Virus record (IMG/VR): IMGVR_UViG_3300025364_000002 | From: a virus | Taxonomy: Duplodnaviria > Heunggongvirae > Uroviricota > Caudoviricetes | Length of the DNA stretch: 64,000 nt | Reading direction: 5' to 3' (one strand) | In this document: piece after piece, positions 60,002 through 64,000 of the stretch | Position numbering within the stretch: position 1 is the first letter of the stretch | How the letters are laid out: the number at the start of each line of letters is the position of its first letter | Notes under the pieces: model-generated | Told to the model about the DNA's origin: nothing | The model's database searches: none | The model's input: only the letters and a program-made list of their open reading frames with translations | Translations under genes and position numbers: made by a program

Positions 60002-60892
60002 ATGACGATGAAAGTTCAGGAACATACCATCCAGGTGGAACGTAAGGATCATCCAAATGCAACACGATATCCTTGCCGTTCAACTCATGAAGTCCTTGAG
60101 GCAGGTAGAAAACTTCTAACCTCCCTTCCCCCAGCTGATCTTGATCTTTTGTCTGAAAGACAGCTCATCGTTGATGAAGAAGATACTGAAGAACTCTTTG
60201 ATGAATTCAAAGAGAATGACATTATCGGATTGGGAGTTGTAAAGCCTGATGGATTCTACGCAAATACCTACAGAATTGAAAAGATCCACAAGGGTGAAGA
60301 TTGGATGGAATGCGAAAACGCCTATACTAAGTTAACTGAAGAAATTTCTTTTCAGGACGTTTCCGTTGGAATGGCTCTGGGCTTTGCAGAGATCCTTTAT
60401 AGGGATGACAAACCTTTTGGTGTTTCCAGCCATTATGACTTCACCATCAAGTACGAAGTCGATGAGGTTGAAGATGAAGAAGAAGACAACTCCGGAAATA
60501 GTACCGCTTCGGCTGGAAGACATGACGGAAGCGCAGATGCGAAACGTGAAGGCACTGTTGAACGAATCGAAGAAAATTCTACAACGTCCGAGACTTCGAA
60601 AGAGGTATCTGAAAGTGCTATTGAACCTTCGCTTGACTTCAACGAATGTTGCTATGCTTTTGGATTCGACGCATCCACAATGACACATTATGTGGTAATA
60701 ACGCCAATCAAATTGTGGAATGACGAGAATTTGATTTGCAACCAAGGATCAGCTGATCACTTAGCCAAAAAGCTTGGTTTACTTCCTTTCAAGGAAAGCA
60801 TGTACGAATATGAACATCAGTATAATGAATCACAACTTCGACAGCTTATGACAGCTTTTAGAGCACAAGAAATCACTGCTCTAATTGCATAA
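60002..60892 (+). CDS. hypothetical acidic protein
   Basis: 296-aa ORF. Confidence 0.75.
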   Translation: MTMKVQEHTIQVERKDHPNATRYPCRSTHEVLEAGRKLLTSLPPADLDLLSERQLIVDEEDTEELFDEFKENDIIGLGVVKPDGFYANTYRIEKIHKGEDWMECENAYTKLTEEISFQDVSVGMALGFAEILYRDDKPFGVSSHYDFTIKYEVDEVEDEEEDNSGNSTASAGRHDGSADAKREGTVERIEENSTTSETSKEVSESAIEPSLDFNECCYAFGFDASTMTHYVVITPIKLWNDENLICNQGSADHLAKKLGLLPFKESMYEYEHQYNESQLRQLMTAFRAQEITALIA

Positions 60893-60965
60893 TATGTCTC
60901 GAAATTTGGTAACTCAGTGCAAGTATTCGAAAATGGTGCTATCCTGAATTGTACAGGAGATAAAA

Positions 60966-61418
60966 ATGACAGAACGTAAAGTTGTAATCATGCGTGGTCC
61001 ATCCGGTTCAGGAAAGTCCACCTACATCAAATCTCATCTGCCCAATGCATATGTGTGCTCGGCAGATCACTTTTTCTATGATGACGAGGGCAATTACTCG
61101 TTTGATCCGAGTAAGCTCGGTGCAGCACACGAGACATGCAAGCGCAAGTTCAAAAAGGCTCTACAACAAGGTAAGTCGCTCGTCGTCGTCGACAATACCA
61201 ACACGAAGATGTGGGAAATGAAGCCCTACATCATGGCAGCCAAGAGCGCAGGATACGAAATCGAATTCGTGAGGCTTAATACGCCCGCTGATGTGGCTGC
61301 ATCCCGAAACGTTCATGGTGTACCGCTTGACGCTGTAAAGCGTATGGCTGACCGAATGCAAGATCTTCCACCCGACCTAGCACGCAAGGAAAAGGTTGTG
61401 GAAGGTGTCAGTCAATAA
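60966..61418 (+). CDS. P-loop kinase (AAA_33 / N4BP2-like polynucleotide kinase)
   Basis: MRGPSGSGKST, CSADHFF, VVVDNTN..WEMKPY, RNVHGVP. Confidence 0.85.
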   Translation: MTERKVVIMRGPSGSGKSTYIKSHLPNAYVCSADHFFYDDEGNYSFDPSKLGAAHETCKRKFKKALQQGKSLVVVDNTNTKMWEMKPYIMAAKSAGYEIEFVRLNTPADVAASRNVHGVPLDAVKRMADRMQDLPPDLARKEKVVEGVSQ

Positions 61419-61713
61419 TAACGTGCTCAAAGAAATAAGACGCTTGAGTCAAAGTATTAGATCCTATCTTGGTCAGATGCTTTGGTACAAGTGTATTGAA
61501 TACGATAGCAAGTTTAATATGTTTGCATTGCTTTGGAAGCCTGTAATGATTGTCTCGGTATCCGAAGTTTGTTTAGGTGAACAACCCTATTTTATAACAA
61601 TAGTTTTCTATCTCGATGGGGAAATAAAAAAGTTGCGAGTATTCAGTAATCATCAATTTCACAGTTATTTCAAAATAGATGACCCTCGAAGAGAGACAAA
61701 AGTTCTTAAATGA
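61396..61713 (+). CDS. hypothetical protein
   Basis: 105-aa ORF. Confidence 0.55.
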   Translation: MWKVSVNNNVLKEIRRLSQSIRSYLGQMLWYKCIEYDSKFNMFALLWKPVMIVSVSEVCLGEQPYFITIVFYLDGEIKKLRVFSNHQFHSYFKIDDPRRETKVLK

Positions 61714-61933
61714 ACATTACACTGGTCGATTAGTTCAGCTTCCCAACAACATTGGGCTTACTACGAAATTCAAAATCGCAAGAGAAAATCTAATTTACGT
61801 CGGAATACTCATAAAAGAAAAAGTTTCTATAAGAAGATGGCAAGGTGACACTACTTCACTTGTGAAGTGGATAAATGAAAAATCTAATGAAATTCAGAAC
61901 AAAGAGAACAAAGCAAAAGAAAATGGGAGCTGA
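61679..61933 (+). CDS. hypothetical protein
   Basis: 84-aa ORF. Confidence 0.55.
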   Translation: MTLEERQKFLNEHYTGRLVQLPNNIGLTTKFKIARENLIYVGILIKEKVSIRRWQGDTTSLVKWINEKSNEIQNKENKAKENGS

Positions 61934-62216
61934 CACTCGTAGCTCAGACCTTTATTTTGAAGCCTTCTCTTATGTCATGAAAAATGTCGTGGGCGGTCTT
62001 TATTTTAAAAATGGCAAACCTGTACTGATTTCCAGTGTAGAAGTTATCGACTCTTATAACAAAAGAGTAGAAATACATTATCTTATTGACTCAAAAACTA
62101 ATGATTGCACCGTTGACTCAATAGATGAATTTCATAATATGTTCCTAACAAAAGAAGAATACGAAAAACGACAAAGTGCGCTAAAAATATTTGGATTTGA
62201 TGAAGAAACCGAATGA
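61923..62216 (+). CDS. hypothetical protein
   Basis: Similar to the next ORF (..LTKEEYE..). Confidence 0.6.
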   Translation: MGADTRSSDLYFEAFSYVMKNVVGGLYFKNGKPVLISSVEVIDSYNKRVEIHYLIDSKTNDCTVDSIDEFHNMFLTKEEYEKRQSALKIFGFDEETE

Positions 62217-62583
62217 AATAAAACCGATTAAAGATATCGATAAGATATACTTCAATGCTGTTCAAGAAGCATTAAATGAGCTTGTCGGACAAGTTATGCA
62301 CCGACGTAGCAACGATTACGAGCCCTTGCTGATAGTTTCAGCAAAAGTTGAAAGTCTTGGCCGAAAAGATCTTTTGAAAATTGAGCTTTTGATAGATGAG
62401 AAAGTTCACAAGGTTTCTTACGAAAACTGGAAAAGTTTAAGAAAAGACCTCATTACTAATGAAGAATATGAAGCTCGAAAAGATGGAATTGAAGCCTTGC
62501 AGAGAATGCGAGAAGCTTTTAAAAAAGTTTCAATGAAACGATTAGGTCGACGACCTTCTAAACAACACATTAGATATAAATGA
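62200..62583 (+). CDS. hypothetical protein, paralog of preceding ORF
   Basis: LLIVS.KVE...LID...LITNEEYE. Confidence 0.6.
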   Translation: MKKPNEIKPIKDIDKIYFNAVQEALNELVGQVMHRRSNDYEPLLIVSAKVESLGRKDLLKIELLIDEKVHKVSYENWKSLRKDLITNEEYEARKDGIEALQRMREAFKKVSMKRLGRRPSKQHIRYK

Positions 62584-62858
62584 ATGCTTCCCTTTCAGTA
62601 GTAAAACCACATATTGGAAAATTATTTAGAGCAAACACTAAATTAAGTTCGATATTTGCTCATACGACATCTGTTGTAAAGACAGTGCCTAAAGATGCTG
62701 TGTTGTTGTTGTACAGTGTTGAAGACCTTGGAGTTGTAACATATGAATTGCCCAACCAAATAGTTTGTCATTTTATTTACCAAGACTGTCGCTTTGTTGA
62801 AGTATTTAAACATAGTGGTGACTTATTTGACAAAATGTGCCTTATCAACAATGACTAA
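62580..62858 (+). CDS. hypothetical protein
   Basis: 92-aa ORF. Confidence 0.55.
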   Translation: MNASLSVVKPHIGKLFRANTKLSSIFAHTTSVVKTVPKDAVLLLYSVEDLGVVTYELPNQIVCHFIYQDCRFVEVFKHSGDLFDKMCLINND

Positions 62859-62869
62859 AGCTATTGAGG

Positions 62870-62897
62870 TTTACAAAAAAACCAAGCTCTATATAAT
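62870..62897 (+). promoter_or_regulatory. sigma70-like promoter
   Basis: TTTACA-16 bp-TATAAT upstream of tRNA-Val. Confidence 0.5.
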
Positions 62898-62909
62898 AAG
62901 AAGATGTTC

Positions 62910-62981
62910 GGGCGATTAACTCAGTGGAAGAGTGGCTGCTTTACACGCAGTAGGTCGGCGGTTCGAATCCGTCATCGCCCA
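62910..62981 (+). tRNA. tRNA-Val(TAC)
   Basis: Canonical; the only plus-strand tRNA seen. Confidence 0.95.
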
Positions 62982-63156
62982 CAAAGCAATGCTCGCCAGA
63001 GCCCCGAGAATAAACTCGATTCCTTAAAAATTAAGGTGTGATTGACCTAATCAATTTAGCTATGGAGTCCCTGTGCTCCTATTCGCAGGGTGGTCGGGGC
63101 GAGCACTATTGTGCAAAAAAAGACGGGCTTGATCCCGTCTTTTTTTATGGAGTGAT

Positions 63157-63393
63157 ATGAGTTGGCCAAATGAATTATCGAAAATTTCGGGACTGCAATC
63201 TTCTCTTTTTAGAAGACTTGAGGTTAGAAGAAGGTATATCAAATTTCTCAATTCTGGTATTGTTCATATTCATGCTAATGATATCGCAGAGAAAAAACGT
63301 TGGAGTCAAAATGTGTATTTACCTTCTTTTGTCATAGCACCCACTAAACCAGTCGAATATATTAAAATGAACTTCCATCTCTTCAACAAATAA
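63157..63393 (+). CDS. hypothetical protein
   Basis: 78-aa ORF with RBS GGAG. Confidence 0.5.
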   Translation: MSWPNELSKISGLQSSLFRRLEVRRRYIKFLNSGIVHIHANDIAEKKRWSQNVYLPSFVIAPTKPVEYIKMNFHLFNK

Positions 63394-63524
63394 AATGAAG
63401 ATGATGCTTGATAAACATTACTGTAAACGAGTTTTTTACTAGACATGATATTTCGTTTAGCTGATAATCGATTTCTAAATGTCTTGAAATAGTATGATGA
63501 ATGTGATGGTATAGACGAGTCCCA

Positions 63525-63764
63525 TTGGCAAAAAACAACTATATGCAGCAGGTAGCTCAAGTAAAAAATAAAGCGGAATGGACTGGTTATGTAATTGGAA
63601 ACGAAAAAAACCATGAGCGCTGTGAAAGACGTATTAGAAACACTGATGTTCTAATTAAGCTGCCAATTCCAACAGAACAATTGCCTGAATGGGTTAAGCA
63701 ACGTCGTGATTTTATCGAAAACATCGATAAAATCGATGAAGTCTTTAAGAAAATGACGAATTAG
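63525..63764 (+). CDS. hypothetical protein
   Basis: 79-aa ORF. Confidence 0.5.
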   Translation: MAKNNYMQQVAQVKNKAEWTGYVIGNEKNHERCERRIRNTDVLIKLPIPTEQLPEWVKQRRDFIENIDKIDEVFKKMTN

Positions 63765-63775
63765 ACTGAACTGTT

Positions 63776-64000
63776 ATGATTGCACCTAAAGTTTTCTATA
63801 TTCCTCAAAAAGTTGATTATGTAGTTGTCAGTGACATGTTTGCTGAAGATTACCCAGGCGGCGCCGAGTTAACGCTCGAAGCTCTAATGTCAAAAGCCCC
63901 AGGCCAAGTATATAAGCTACATTCACAGCTTGTTACAACTGAATTGATTGAGAATCACAAGGAGAAAGTGTGGATTATCGGAAACTTTTCCCAAATGTCA
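63776..64000 (+). CDS. partial CDS, possible glycosyltransferase N-terminus
   Basis: MIAPKV...VVSDMFAEDYPGGAELTLEAL; open at the window end. Confidence 0.55.
   Translation, partial: MIAPKVFYIPQKVDYVVVSDMFAEDYPGGAELTLEALMSKAPGQVYKLHSQLVTTELIENHKEKVWIIGNFSQMS

Noticed and set aside
1-64000. Genome-wide stop-codon reassignment (code 15 or code 4/25)
   Set aside because: Long genes are intact in the standard code, TAG and TGA terminate conserved proteins at expected ends, only two internal stops were seen, and no CTA/TCA suppressor tRNA was found.
1-64000. rRNA genes, transposases, integrases, CRISPR-Cas
   Set aside because: No supporting sequence or motifs were seen.

Overview
This AT-rich, gene-dense window looks like part of a huge/jumbo bacteriophage genome. 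It has a T4 gp17-like large terminase, many small hypothetical ORFs and no rRNA, CRISPR array or ribosomal-protein operon. Positions 1 to ~54,900 are transcribed on the minus strand and the rest on the plus strand. The core is a tRNA array, densest at 29.7-42.4 kb. By hand-folding I found about 55 tRNA genes covering all 20 amino acids. It comes with translation and tRNA-handling enzymes: AsnRS, AsnB, methionine aminopeptidase, an RF1-like GGQ factor, a CCA-adding enzyme split by a GIY-YIG gene, a P-loop polynucleotide kinase and a 2H phosphoesterase. Mobile genes include two LAGLIDADG inteins (one with an in-frame TGA), two GIY-YIG genes and three HNH genes that each sit next to a broken tRNA half. 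Cys-rich lipoproteins suggest a Myxococcota host (inference). The most unusual signal is non-coding. (i) A set of tRNA-scaffold RNAs keeps the acceptor, T arm and usually D arm plus the phage-typical 3' end, but has an anticodon region that is deleted, duplicated or replaced by multi-hairpin inserts; one carries several anticodon-like loops. (ii) Many structured ncRNAs fill the spacers between tRNAs, including a two-copy family with covarying kissing loops and a tandem covarying motif. All RNA structures were folded by eye and all protein families were assigned from recalled motifs; no searches were run.
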